A stretch of DNA of 63,789 nucleotides, counting the filler, from Choristocarpus tenellus KU-1152 (lineage: Eukaryota; Protista; Phaeophyceae): NCBI GenBank assembly GCA_964200185.2. It is 13 parts of 13 records of this genome, joined end to end, with 100 filler letters (N's around TTAATTAATTAA, not from the genome) between each part and the next. Parts side by side here need not be neighbours in the genome. Positions count along the whole stretch, not along the records: positions 10,934 to 20,727 come from CAXNAD020003388.1; positions 20,828 to 24,728 come from CAXNAD020017241.1; 11 more parts are not named here. One strand, 5' to 3'. Of this stretch, positions 11,234 to 23,557 are shown one piece after another. Each line of letters begins with the position of its first letter. Position 1 is the stretch's first letter. The translations under genes were made by a program, and so were the position numbers. The notes below the pieces were generated by a model. It had not been told where the DNA came from, made no database searches, and saw only the letters and a program-made list of their open reading frames with translations.

Positions 11234-13531
11234 CTCAAATAGCTCAAAGGGGTCTTGAGGTCTGAAGTTGAAGCCCCCCCCATAATACGTGAAACCATCT
11301 CCAAAACTGAAAACGTCATCAAAACCACCTCCATCGCCTCCAAATCTCTCCCCACCTCCTGCTCCTGCCGACCCACCACCCCATGCTCCAGAAACTCTAG
11401 CATGCCGGGCATGTTCATACTGGCGTCGAGTGTAGTCATCACTCAGCACCTCATACGCCTCTGCAATTTCAGCAAACTTACGCTGCGCAGTCTGTAAGAG
11501 AGAGAGGGGAGGGGGGGGGGGGGGGGGGGAAAAGGGGGATTGAAAGACTGTAAAAAATAAACTATGGTAGATCACTTCTACCACTGTAGCAATACAGGAG
11601 AGTTTCAGTACTTTTGCTTTACCTTATCAGTTGCTTAATCATTTACAAAAAATTGTGTGGGTTTGGATTGAGGAGAGGATGCTGGTGGTCTCCAGCTTTC
11701 ACACAGCATCAAGGCTAGTGTCGTGTGTATACCTCTTTGTTCAAAAAGATGAACCACATCGCCTTTCTCCACTGCCCTTCACCACTGACCACTACAGTCA
11801 ACGTGTACATGTAGAAGAGGCAGGAGCACTAGAGCCCTATACCTCAACAATGCAAACTTATCAATTCAAATCGAGCATACTGTAGTGCAATTATGTACTT
11901 AAAAATTTAAAAATACAAATAATTACTTGTCGGGTGAAATGAACAGGTACAATTTTTGTAACATATTAGTGGTGTGTGATAGTACCACTACACAAAAAAG
12001 GCACACACACTGAACAAGGTTATCTATTGATTGTTTTGATTGTAAAAAAAAAACACACACAGACACACACACTGAACAACCACGACGGAATAAGTGAATA
12101 ATGCATTACAAGGGAAGAGTACTGTGAGGAAGGGACAAGGAGCAGCAAAAAGAGTATGGTGCTGGGACTTTCTAGAATAGACTTTCTGTATGGTTGTATC
12201 ATACTATGTGATGTATCCATATGTACACCCATGCATGGAGGGATTTGTGTCTGAAGTATAAAACATGGTGATTTCACCATGCTCAGAGAACTGTTGAAGA
12301 ACATAATACAAATTGGAAGGCGAGCACCAACCCCGGGATTATCCACTTAAGACAGAAGATCCACTGACAGATTAATAACATTTTTTTTTCTTTTGTGAGA
12401 GGAAGGAGCCTTCAAATGGTGTGGGCGTTGGTTGGGGTGCGATGTATCTTTCCATGGCTATCTACAAGGATTGTCGAAGGAGAGAATATTGTAAGGACAC
12501 CAATTGTGTGTTTTAGCGATTTAAGCGGAGACAGAGGGTCAAGCAGTTAGGTTTGGATATGAGGGTGATGTATAATATTTGAAGGGTTTCCTCTCAATTG
12601 AAAATGTCAAGAAGGGGATACCTCAACTTCATACAGTGTCTTCTTTCAAAATATCATTTTTCTAGGGACCTCATGTCCGACGAGGTACTTACAACAGCCC
12701 TGGTGGTGTGTCCAGCAGCGCGACGGCAAGCATGTTCTGCATTTTAAACAAAAGAGGGGTAAACGGGGTTGCCCACCTCAGTGTCATCAGGGTTCTTGTC
12801 TGGATGCCAGCGCCTCGCAAGTTTATGGTATGCACTCTTGATCCCTGCCTCGTCTACCCCCTGCTCAAGTCCCAGCACTCCGTACAGATCCTTCTCGGCA
12901 ATCTGCATTATACAAATTTACACAGAAATAGGGAGTGGATGTTTCTATGACTTGATGGTCAAGGCGCCTTGCAAGCTGTCTATTAGACGTATCACTGACA
13001 ATCTTTAGAGGTACGTAACTCCAGCTATGGGTAACTGGGCACGTGATAGGATGTTGACCAACTATTCGAACAATGCAACTCAGTGGTGTGAATAGGCAAA
13101 CAACCTCCCAAGATGCGGGGAGTGCATAGATTCTCTTCTTTTGAAGCAGGGGCCATCTCATTTACAGAACATTTTGACCTCAGTTGGGAAGTGTAGGGGA
13201 GTGAGAGGGAAGGGAAAGGGTTCCCATCTCCTTCTGATACCGATGCACGAAGAAAAAATGTGTAATGTACTCCTACCCATTCACATCTTGAATGGAACAT
13301 TTGTGAAAAATCTAGAGCATACTGAACTTTTGTGTATCTAAAACTATAGTGGGACAAAAACGCAAGAAATTGAGAGGCTACAACACTTGCCTGTTCCATA
13401 TCAAGTCCCTCAGCCTGAGCTGCAGTTTTCTGCACCAATCCCACAAGGACAAGCAGAAGAAAGTACAACAAAAAATGTGGAGAAATTACTCTCCGGCATG
13501 TTGGCCACCTTGAAGGTGTCAAGGTCGCCAT
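11234..13531 (-). CDS. Secretory-pathway DnaJ/Hsp40 co-chaperone (signal peptide + J domain + G/F region), 5' part
   Basis: Exon 13531-13391: MATLTP...FLLYFLLLVLVGLVQKTAA signal peptide, GC donor CAG|gcaagt. Exon 12902-12777: KDLYGVLG...YHKLARRWHPDKNP. Exon 11491-11234: KFAEIAEAYEVLSD...G/F-rich...DPFELFE. All junctions phase 0. The 3' part is lost at the contig end. Confidence 0.93.
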
Positions 13532-13981
13532 ATGGAGATATTTCTTAGTATGTAACAACCCCAGATTGGCGGGGCGAAAAAACTACACCTTTCCCTCTCC
13601 GAGGGATCCTCCTCCCCACGAGAGGGTCTCAGAGAGGACAGCAAAGAAGAGCGTCTTAAGTGGGAGACTGAGTCGTGGGTGGATGACCAGTACCAAGGAT
13701 GTTGATTCAAGAGTTGTGTCATACGACAAATCTGGTTCAACAACTGAGATAAGGAAATAAAAAAATAGTAATATATTGAAACCTATTAAGAGAACTGAGA
13801 ACAGAGAACATTTCTTCTTCCTTGTGGCAGAACGTCTACAGTAGTAGTTGTCTCACCTGTGGTGGTGTACAACAGTGGGTGTTTGGGTTTTTCAGATAAA
13901 GAAAGGAATTGACTTGCCAACCTGCGAAGTCGCAGGGAGGCGAAGTTTGGCAGTGACTGTTGCATGGGGTAACTAGTTGGA

Positions 13982-16900
13982 ATGGCCCACGGACGGTTAG
14001 CACGTTGGAGGCGACCAAGTAGGGGCGGGAAAAGGTCTCTGGTGTGGATCGTGTCTGCTATATTTGCTCTCTACTTCCTCTTCAACCTCTTCACTTCTCC
14101 CTCAGAACCGCGTATTTACGATGGGCCACACCCACCCCCGAATTGGCGGAGTCCTGGTCGAGATGTCGAGGCCGAATATCAGGCGGTTTTGGAGGCGGTG
14201 CCAGAGCTAGGGGGAACCCGGAGGGCACGCCTTGCCTTTCTCGTCATGGCACATGGATCTAATGATATTGTATTGCTTAAACGCAGTATTCCATGGCTGT
14301 ATTCGAAGGAGAACTTCATTCTGGTAGGTCTTGGGGGCCGTCATCCACCCGTGCTCTGGTCTTGTATTTGTAGGGGGTTTACGTACACTGACATCTTGAA
14401 CGGACGTATATTTGCGGAGTATCTCTCAGCAAGTTGAAACAAACTTTTGAACTACTGACCTAAACAGGAAATCGCTCCTGGTAACCCACTGACTTCGCAG
14501 ATACATCTAGACCGCAAGACCCCTACTCATGTCCGTGAGGACCTCAAGACCTTCCTGTCCGGACTGGTAAATGTTCGAATGCTGGAACCAAGTTTGGACG
14601 TGTCCTGGGGTGGGTTTTCTATCACATTGACGGCTATATTTGGCTTATCCACGCTGGTGCAGTGGAGTACGGAGTGGGATTACTTCATTAACCTCAGGTG
14701 GGTATGGATTGCAGACTAACGTATGTGCGAAATTGAGGAGGCAGTATGTGACATCCTCCACAGACCGCCCTTCCACAAGAGTGCATGGATGGCAGCCTGC
14801 GGCTTGGACTAGGCATTGACGGGTGAATGGATTACGCCAAGCGACCGATTATCTTGGTAACTCTTTTCAGGAATCCCTGCAGACTGAGCTGCAATCGAAA
14901 AACCAAACCAAGTCATGTAACTGGAGAATGTTGAACACTATGCGTACCTTTTCTTCATTTCAAATTTTAGTTCAAATTCTGGTATCAGACCCAATGAAAA
15001 CCTCTGTCGTCCTTCTCTGGCTGTCCCTTGCATTGTTCAACGATCCTGCTTTGAAGGACCGACTGATACACAGTAGTTTGCTCACCAGTGGCTCCTTTTC
15101 ATTCATGATCTTTCATTTTAGTGGAATGGGCAACCTGTAATCTGCTGCTCTGAACACTTTGGTCACACACATCATAGTAGTTATGTTGAAGTCTCCCTTC
15201 AGACAATTTTTACGGACAATTTTTACAACCCAGTACAAGTCGAATTCATAGCATATCCCCTCCCATTTCAAGATAATGCATGAGGGATGAATGGATAATG
15301 AAGCATCATGATGGGGGAGCTAGGGGTGGCTGGATTACAGTGCTTTGTAGCGTTTTATATTGTTGCAGTCATTCCATTAGATTAAAGAGAATCAACACCG
15401 AACAATTTAATGGTTAGGGTTAGGGTTATACCCATGCAATGATTCGCTCTGTGCCCACTACATCACTACACTCAGTGATTCCCCCACCTTGCTCCATGCA
15501 CCATGCATATGTTGTGACAACATTCAAGTGCGTTGGGAGTGCTTTGAGTCAGTAGAGTATAATAGGTGCACTAAGCACATGGGCCAGAAGGCACTCTGTG
15601 TGTGACAGTTGTGGCAACCATGCCAAGAACACACATCAAAGTTGTTGTAAGATATCTCTCCCCCCCGAAGTATCCCCCCACCAACTCACTGACCTGCTCG
15701 GGCATTTCCTGCCACCTTGCCTAACATCACGGCGATTACTGCCTTCAGAGTGTCTGTTAAATAGATTATAGTCCTGTTGTTACTTTTTGAACACTCTGAA
15801 TCCTAGACTTTGGGTGTGACTAATGTCAGCAACCACAACAGCGAAGAAAAATGATCCATCTTTGTTCTTGCTGGAAATCGAGACGCCTTGTTCTCCCTGC
15901 ATACCCCTCTTTAATGACGACCTTCCTCTCTATCTCCTTGGTAATACAGTGCCTCTGATTTCCCATTACTGAGTTCTGCGGAGATGGGTGCAGTGCTTGG
16001 TCCCTTTGTAGAACGTAGGGTGAACTTTATGACGGGCTCAGTCATGATGGAATCCAACAGAGCAGAGCGCTACTCAGATGACCAGGTGAGACTTCAACAG
16101 TGCTTGCCTGTTTGCCTGCTTGCCTTCCTGTGTTTAACCTTTCTTTATTGATTAAGGAACAGTTCCAACATAATAAAAAAAACAAGAGGTTGGGTTGAGG
16201 AATAGAAAACATGGTAGGAAGTGATGATTGAGACATGATCAATCTATTCGCAGTAATGGGTTAGGGTTAGGGTTAGGGTTGCTGGCAAGGGGAATTCCTT
16301 CTCTGGTGAAGAGGCTCACTCCTTCTCTTCTCTGCACCCTTTCCAGACCAACAAGGAAGTAAAGAATCAATTTTGTATGTTCAAGGCTTGGGAAACAACA
16401 GCTTAATTAGTGAGGCAACTCATTCATTTCTACCTCTAGTATACTTGACGTTGTATTGTGTAAAATACTTTTTGAGGTTGTGTGCATTTCGTGTATACAA
16501 GGTACAATAGAGCCGGTGTATATCCAGAGGCTCAAGGATTACGTCATACATGCACCTAGGGAGCACTCCAGCGAGAACCGGACAACAAGTATCGATGAAA
16601 TGTAATCAGTTGGGAATTGCTGTGATGGGTGTACTGTGCTTTAAGTGCAACTTCAAGTATCCCTGCAAATCACCCAAAACCTGTTGCAAAACCAACTGCA
16701 AGCTAATGACAAAAAATATGTTTTAACTTTATTTTTTGTCAATCGGTTACACTCACTACCTTTTCACAACTACCCTGGGATACAAAGTCCTTCCTACCTT
16801 TCCTGTAAAATCATGCAGTGGATGATGCCAGAGGTGATTTGGCGTTACTTTACTTTCATGTTTAATGTGTAAGAAACCAGTATCATAGTAATTGCTTTCA

Positions 16901-18104
16901 TGCACCTTTCCTCCAGAGCCCTTCCTTTGCCTTCCCTCCAACCTGCACTGCCATCGATTGCCTCTATTGCCCTCCCCCTTGTGGTTTTTGGTGACAGGGT
17001 CTGTATCGTGTAAACCATACACACAAGGCAGGAAACATGTTCTCCGAGCCAGGAAAACCCTCAAAGAAGGTTGTGCGCCCCTTGCCTACCCTCTTCACTC
17101 TCTTCAAAGGGGAGTTTTGGGTGGCACTCACACGGGAGTTTTGTGTTTATGTACACGAGTCACCAGATAATGTTGCAAGATCACTTCAGGTGATGCAGAT
17201 GCCTTCGATGGTGTTGATTAGAGTTTGATTTAGAATAGTGTGTGTGTGTTTTTTGTTTTTGTTTTTTCATGGTCTCACTATGTGCGATGTATGTTACTTG
17301 TAAAAAGGATTTGTTGGAGAGTCGCCCCTGTATACACCTCCTTGTTTTATGTTGACTTCATTCATGCCCTTGCAAGGATCATGCTCTTTGCCGTCAGTAC
17401 TCACAAACACACAACTCAAGAATCAGAAGTTGGTTACATCCCTCTCTTGAAGCCTGTGCATTCAGCATGTAGTCAATCCACCCAGGAGCATGCATTGTAC
17501 AAGACTTAAGAAGGGTGAATACGCTCCCTTTCCTGCCCCTGCCCCTCGCCTCGCCTCGCCTTTCCGACCACACCTATTGTTTTGACTTTGGCGTTGCAAT
17601 CGTTTGTTGTTACAAAAAAAAAAAATCAACGCTGGGGGAAAAAAAAAAAAGGCGTACTTTGCAAAGTTCCGCATCTCAGACGAAAGCTTTTTTCAGACAA
17701 CACTCTGCCACCCGAATGCACACAAGAGCTTTCCTGCCTACAACAACAACCTACGACACATATCGTGGCCCTACTTCAACAAGGAGACGGAGTGGGTCCT
17801 CCACCCCGACCCAGTCGACTTCCACATGGTCCCCAAGCTCATGAAGAGCGGGGCTATCTTTGCCCGTAAGTTTTCACTTGGCACCAGCGATACAGCGTGG
17901 GGAGCAATAGAGGACTTGCTCAACAGTGGGAGCAGGAGGAAGAGTGCGGAGAGAGTACGAAGGGTGCTGGCTAGGGCTGCCCCGGCCCGTAAGGTGACGT
18001 CGAGGGGAGAGTTCTGCACTGTGCCCAGGAGGTACAGCCTTCAGAAGGTGTTGGACAACCCGATTGTGAAGGTTGAAAGAAAGTCCACTGCGGGCAAGCA
18101 CTGA
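13982..18104 (+). CDS. GT14 (core-2/I-branching; xylosyltransferase/GlcAT14-like) Golgi type II glycosyltransferase, complete 5-exon gene
   Basis: Exons 13982-14323, 14501-14697, 15950-16085, 16998-17189, 17652-18104 with consistent phases. N-terminal TM anchor. Motifs RLAFLVMAH, FILIHLD, VSWGGFS, WDYFINLSASDFPL, GEFWVALTREF, DESFFQT, NNLR, FARKF. Confidence 0.93.
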
Positions 18105-19897
18105 CGTTAGAGGTCTGTGGGGAGTTGAAGTGGCTGTAGGCGTTTGGTTGTGGTTTGGAGAGGAAGGGGGGGCTTCTTTTGGCTGTTTGGCTGCAGTTGG
18201 AGGGAGGGTGTGGGGAGCGCCGGACTGCCTGGATAGAGTTAGGGCAGTATGACATGCAATGCAGGAGTGTCAGCTAGGGGGAATACACATTGGACAATGA
18301 ACTAGACTTTGGCTGTGGATTCCATGGTTGGAGGGGTCTTCCCCTGTCAGATACATTGGTGCTGGGGAGAAGGCTGTTGTTTGAGTCCAATTTTGTTGGA
18401 TCGTTTTCTACCGCTGGACTCTCTCTCTCTATTTGCTCTCAGCCTATCATGCCAAATCAGCTTGCAGATGGCACATGTAGTCATCTCGGGAGAGTCCAAA
18501 TAGAAGGAAAAATCGCCCCAAGAGAACCAAGAGGCTTAAGAAAACACACACATGCTGTAGCTGGTTCCACTCGGTGGAGATAGTTTGCATGTGCAGCTTT
18601 TGTGGCGTGATAGAAATTGGTAAAATTGACTTGGGAGGGCTGCTGTAATACTCGAGCAGCAGCAGAGTCATCTAGCTCTGTGATCGGCCACAGGAGAGAT
18701 AGGTGGCATGGGTGGAAAAGAGGAAGGCTGCAAACTATCTGGTGGTGAACTTTGTCTTCCCCTGATCGTGGTTGCTTGGTCATCTTGGTCATCTTATCTT
18801 CTTTGTCCAACAGGAAGGCCTTGTTCTCGACCTGAGTGCCCTGGGTGTGCATACTTTTTTCTTTTTTTTTAGTGTGTACACACAATTATGTCTAGAGGGT
18901 GGATCGTTATATGACCCTTACGTCTTTTAAGAGTATTTGCCACATGCATCTTCGGATGTATTTTTGGGGCTTTTATGTGCTTCCTGATGTGATTGGACAT
19001 GTTTTAATACTGTGGTTATCACTGGCGAGATCTTTGTGATTGGACAATTGGCATGTTTGTTTTGTGTTGTAAGGTGTGGTGTGGTGTGGTGTGGTATCAA
19101 CATATCACATTTGTGGATTATTTGATGTCTGTTATCTTGAGCTTTTTTCTTTTCTATTTGTTTGCAGCTATTGTTTGTTGGTCACCCTGTCTATATACTA
19201 TTTGCCATCCGGCAGAAGTGTGGGGTATGTGTTGTTATAGTTCGAACGTACGAATGTTAGGTGAGAATGTTTACGGGTTTTTGTAGTGTGTATGTGCGTC
19301 CAGTCTGCTACTGCTGATGGCTATTGCATGGACCTGACGGTTACATGTGTACGGTATTTTGATCTCAGGGTAAAGCCTCTGGTTCCTGTTTTGGAGATAC
19401 GAATGTGTTGCGATGTACTAGTTTACATCTTAATATACCATATTAGCTGTGCGTTTTTTGTGCTGATGTGTTTTCTGTCTGTGTGTGTGTGTGGATGTGT
19501 GTGATCACAATGTAGTGAAGGGCTTGTTCTGCAAAAGCACATTTTGAAATGATAATTGCGTGCTTCTTTTTATTGTATATGCCTTGTATGTTGAAGTGGT
19601 GTGTGTTGAAGTTATGTGCTGAGAATGAGGTGATCCTTTGGTCCTTCTATACACGGTAGTCTACCTTGATGTTTGATAAAGAGGAAACAACTACACCAGT
19701 AGGCACAAGGTATCATCGACACTTCTTCACTTGGTCGCACCTGAAGAACTACCCTTCATAAGAAGTGCTGCACTTCATTCCTACATAGTGCAGTATTGCC
19801 ATATACTCCAGATTACTACATAGCCCTATGCCATCTTAGCCCAATGTCCAACTACTACACCACTCCCAGTAACCCCTGTTGTTCATCCATAGCCATG

Positions 19898-20114
19898 CTA
19901 TACACTCTCCACCTCTTGACTAATGCCAACAATCTTCCGAAGACCGCACAGTGCATATATACCCTGCTGCCTGAATCTTTCGTCTCCTTGTCCGAATTTC
20001 TTGATGGCAGCCTCAATAATAGCTTGTATGCCTTCCTCCACCATCTCAGAAACTGGCTCTTTTCCTCCGTTAGCCAACTCCCGCACACAGGCCACTCCAG
20101 CGTACTGTGTATCC
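19898..20114 (-). CDS. Terminal exon of an ARM-repeat-like helical protein
   Basis: Acceptor cctccctacttctcag|. Reads DTQYAGVACVRELANGG...MVEEGIQAIIEAAIKKF...RQQGIYALCGL...*, an ARM-like amphipathic pattern. Upstream exons are beyond the contig end. Confidence 0.5.
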
Positions 20115-20359
20115 CTGAGAAGTAGGGAGGGGAGGGAGGAAGTGGGTACTCTCTTGTGTGTTGAGGGAATGGTGGGATTAGGGTCAACACCAGGAGTAAC
20201 ATGAGAGGTTCAAGTGTTCAAGTGGGGGGGGACGGAAGGAGTGTTTTTTGCTGTTATCTTATCTTGTGTTTTTGGTGTGAAGTACTGTACAAAAGGATTT
20301 AGGGTTACTTATTGTACAAGGAGAAATGCCGTTTGTGTTGAAGCACGCCTTATATGATG

Positions 20360-20727
20360 CATTGCCTACAAGAACATAGGTCGATATTAATGAAAGGGCT
20401 TTTACATTGCCTACAAGAACATAGGTCGATATTAATGAAAGGGCTTACATTGCCTACAAGAACATAGGTCTATATTAATGAAAGGGCTTACATTGCCTAC
20501 AAGAACATAGGTCGATATTAATGAAAGGGCTTACATTGCCTACAAGAACATAGGTCGATATTAATGAAAGGGCTTACATTGCCTACAAGAACATAGGTCG
20601 ATATTAATGAAAGGGCTTACATTGCCTACAAGAACATAGGTCGATATTAATGAAAGGGCTTACATTGCCTACAAGAACATAGGTCGATATTAATGAAAGG
20701 GCTTACATTGCCTACAAGAACATAGGT
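20360..20727. repeat. 43-bp tandem minisatellite, at least 8 near-identical units
   Basis: Unit ATTGCCTACAAGAACATAGGTCGATATTAATGAAAGGGCTTAC, head-to-tail with no spacers. The array runs into the contig end. Confidence 0.95.
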
Positions 20728-20827
20728 NNNNNNNNNNNNNNNNNNNNNNNNNNNNNNNNNNNNNNNNNNNNTTAATTAATTAANNNNNNNNNNNNNNNNN
20801 NNNNNNNNNNNNNNNNNNNNNNNNNNN

Positions 20828-20902
20828 ATATGTATAAAGTATTCATTGGTTTCCCCCTGACACATCTGCAAAATGTCAGAGGGCATAATAATAAAAATAA
20901 TA
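20828..20902 (+). mobile_element. 3' end of a non-LTR retroelement (stem-loop + (TAA)n tail), family C
   Basis: CCCTGACACATCTGCAAAATGTCAGAGGGCATAATAATAAAAATAATA. Reverse-oriented copies at ~4473-4525, ~36232-36290 and ~62024-62085. Confidence 0.6.
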
Positions 20903-21770
20903 TATATTACTATGTTCGTCACTTAGGAGATATTATGATAATGACGCAAGTACGAGAGTGCACCCGTCACGCCACTCTTGCATTCTACAACCATGTTACT
21001 TTATGCTCTAGTAAAGGGGGGAACGAGAGATTCCCACCTACTTCCTCTCCCACCTTTTTTTCTGATCAAGTCTGCTCGTCTTGAGTGCTCTACATCCTTC
21101 TTACTAGGGACACTCACATGTTGATGTCTTTGAGTAAGTGTTAACATGACAATTCGCAATACTATGACAGCAAAGAGTAGCATAAAATATGCGATGGAAC
21201 TAAGTGAGATTTCCGTAGAATGAGAATGTTCCAGAAGGACATTCCGAAAAGGGAACATTCTTGGATCGGGCACTTGGTTCTATAACTCTCGTATGGTGAG
21301 ATCTAGAAGTTTGAAAGTAGTGGAGGTCGGACCCCATCTAGATCCCTTTTAATCTCGACCAAGCAATCCAGTTCTATTTGAGGGAGACTATTGCAGGAGT
21401 AGCGGTAGCTGTGTGGGCGAATTAGTCAATAAGAATGAAAGACTTGAACATTAACAATCTTCTTCTAGTTCCAGTTTTCCAAGCCTAGGCCCATACCACG
21501 GGTGGCGTGGCAAACCCAAGCTTCGATTGAATTTCATCAAAATTATATTTTTTGGATACGCCTGAGACGGAAGAGTTAATCCCAAACCGTCAAAGAAGGA
21601 AGCCGTGTCAGTAGACCATGACAGGAACATCAATTCCTTTTAACATCTTGCGTAATAAAATAACCTTCGCTGGTCTACAAGAAGAGAGGATGACGGAGAA
21701 CTTCTTAATAATGGACCAACTCAGCCAGGTGACTGCCATCGCCATCCAGCAAGCTCCAGCAGCAGCAGCA

Positions 21771-22029
21771 GAGTAAAAGTATTTTAGAGGGTACTAGTTT
21801 TGCCCTGTTAGTCCATTTGGGGCTTGGCTTCCCACAGTTTTTTTTATGACATTTGCCTACTCCGAAATGTTTCGGAGTAGGCAAATGTATACATTATGAA
21901 AAGGTGTGTCCGGAACAAGGATATTGACACTTCCTAACAAGCACGATAGCTAAAATCACATCAAAGTCACAACATTGGATTTTGACCCCTCAAAGGATGC
22001 GACTCTAACCCTCTAGGATACTCTAATTC
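21771..22029 (+). mobile_element. MITE family A, full-length, nested in copia gag
   Basis: GAGTAAAAGTATTTTAGAGGG ... CCCTCTAGGATACTCTAATTC, flanked by AGCA/AGCA. Confidence 0.88.
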
Positions 22030-22932
22030 AGCACAGCCAGCAGTTGCGGGCGGAGAAGGGCAGGGCTAACCTGAAGGTCAACCTGCAGAGTTTCTCCAAA
22101 GGTTGTGAAGACTGACACAGCAGGCCAAAGGTGTACCTGGTGTAGATAAGATTACTTGGATGCACGGATGCCTACTTCGCATAAGAGTAGAATTATATTA
22201 ATATTGGATTGGCTGATTTGACAGTGCAGGAATTGGCAAGGATAAGCTGCATGAGGCGAAGATTACGTGGAGGTCACTGATTGCCACGTGCATTGGTGTG
22301 GCATTTGTCACTGTTGAGAGTGTCAGATCACCCAGGGGAGCTTGGTAGGAGCTCACTAAATGCCACCAGGCAGAGAGGTTTACCAAGTAACGTTGTGATG
22401 AAAATTTAACTCCGTGAAGATGGATTTGGGAGAAGAATCGAATAAGTTTACCCTGTGGATTGACGACATCACAAACGACCTAAATAGATATAAGGCACTG
22501 GTCATGGAGGAGCAGGTCAACGTGTGGTCATCAGCGGGCTATCGACTAAGTATGATATGGAGTCCAGAATTCTCGACAGCAAGGGAAAACCGTCCAGAAT
22601 AAAGATTGGCATCTGTCGAAATGTGTTACGAAAGGATCCAGTCAGAGTAGTCCGAGGCAGGAGCTAAGCCGTAGTTGGAGGTGGGCAAGGGAACTGCTAA
22701 AACTTGTCAGCTATTCTCCAAGCGAGACCCCATAGCGGGGCAATGCTGAATCTCGCAGGAGAGGAAGGTGCTGTTCAATGGAACATGATTCCTCTGTCAC
22801 AAGCATAGACACCGTACTGAAGACTACCTCTGGAGGGAGGAACAATGGAGCAAAGAACTCCGATGATCCATTGACAAGACAAAGGTCAGAAGATGTTACA
22901 TTTGCAACCATCATGGGCATATTGCAAGGAAT

Positions 22933-23190
22933 GACCCAAAGCATTTAAGAGCATAGGACCGTGTCCGCTCGGAGTCATAAATCCAATGTTGCTATTTTGA
23001 TTATTTTTGCCTATCATGCTTGTTAACAAGTGTCAATATCCTTGCTCTGGACACAACTTTCATAATCGTAAAATATGTAGGTAACTGTGTTCACACAGAA
23101 AACCGAAAAAGGCCATAAAAAACTCGTGGGAAGCAAAGCCCTGAACGGACAAACAGGGAAAAATTCTTACCCTCTTAAATGCTTTGACTC
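22933..23190 (-). mobile_element. MITE family A, subfamily A2 (TIR CAAAGCATTTAAGAG)
   Basis: Colinear with family A. Inserted in the copia zinc knuckle. Confidence 0.85.
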
Positions 23191-23304
23191 AGTTAATTGC
23201 CCTCAACGAGATGCAGGGTTAGTGACAATGTGGGCGGAGCTTCTGGGCCAGGAGAACTCGGAGCACTGATATCTGTTTCTTCTGCGGCAATAGACATAGT
23301 TTCT

Positions 23305-23557
23305 GACTCAAAGCATTTAAGAGGGTAGGAGTTTTGCTCTGTTTGTCTGTTCAGGGCTTGGCTTCCCACGTTTTTTGTTTTTTTCGGTTTTCTGTGTGAA
23401 CACAGTTACCTAAAATGTATGCGACTATGAAAGGTGTATCCAGAGCAAGGATATCGACACTTGCTAACAAACACAATGGACAAAATTTATCAAAATTGGA
23501 ACATTGGATTTATGACCCCAAACGGACACGGCCCTACCCTATTAAATGCTTTGACTC
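23305..23557 (+). mobile_element. MITE family A, subfamily A2
   Basis: GACTCAAAGCATTTAAGAGGGTAGG ... CCTACCCTATTAAATGCTTTGACTC, flanked by TCT/TCT. Confidence 0.85.

Noticed and set aside
20360-20727. CRISPR-like array
   Set aside because: Units are contiguous with no unique spacers, there are no cas genes, and the context is eukaryotic.
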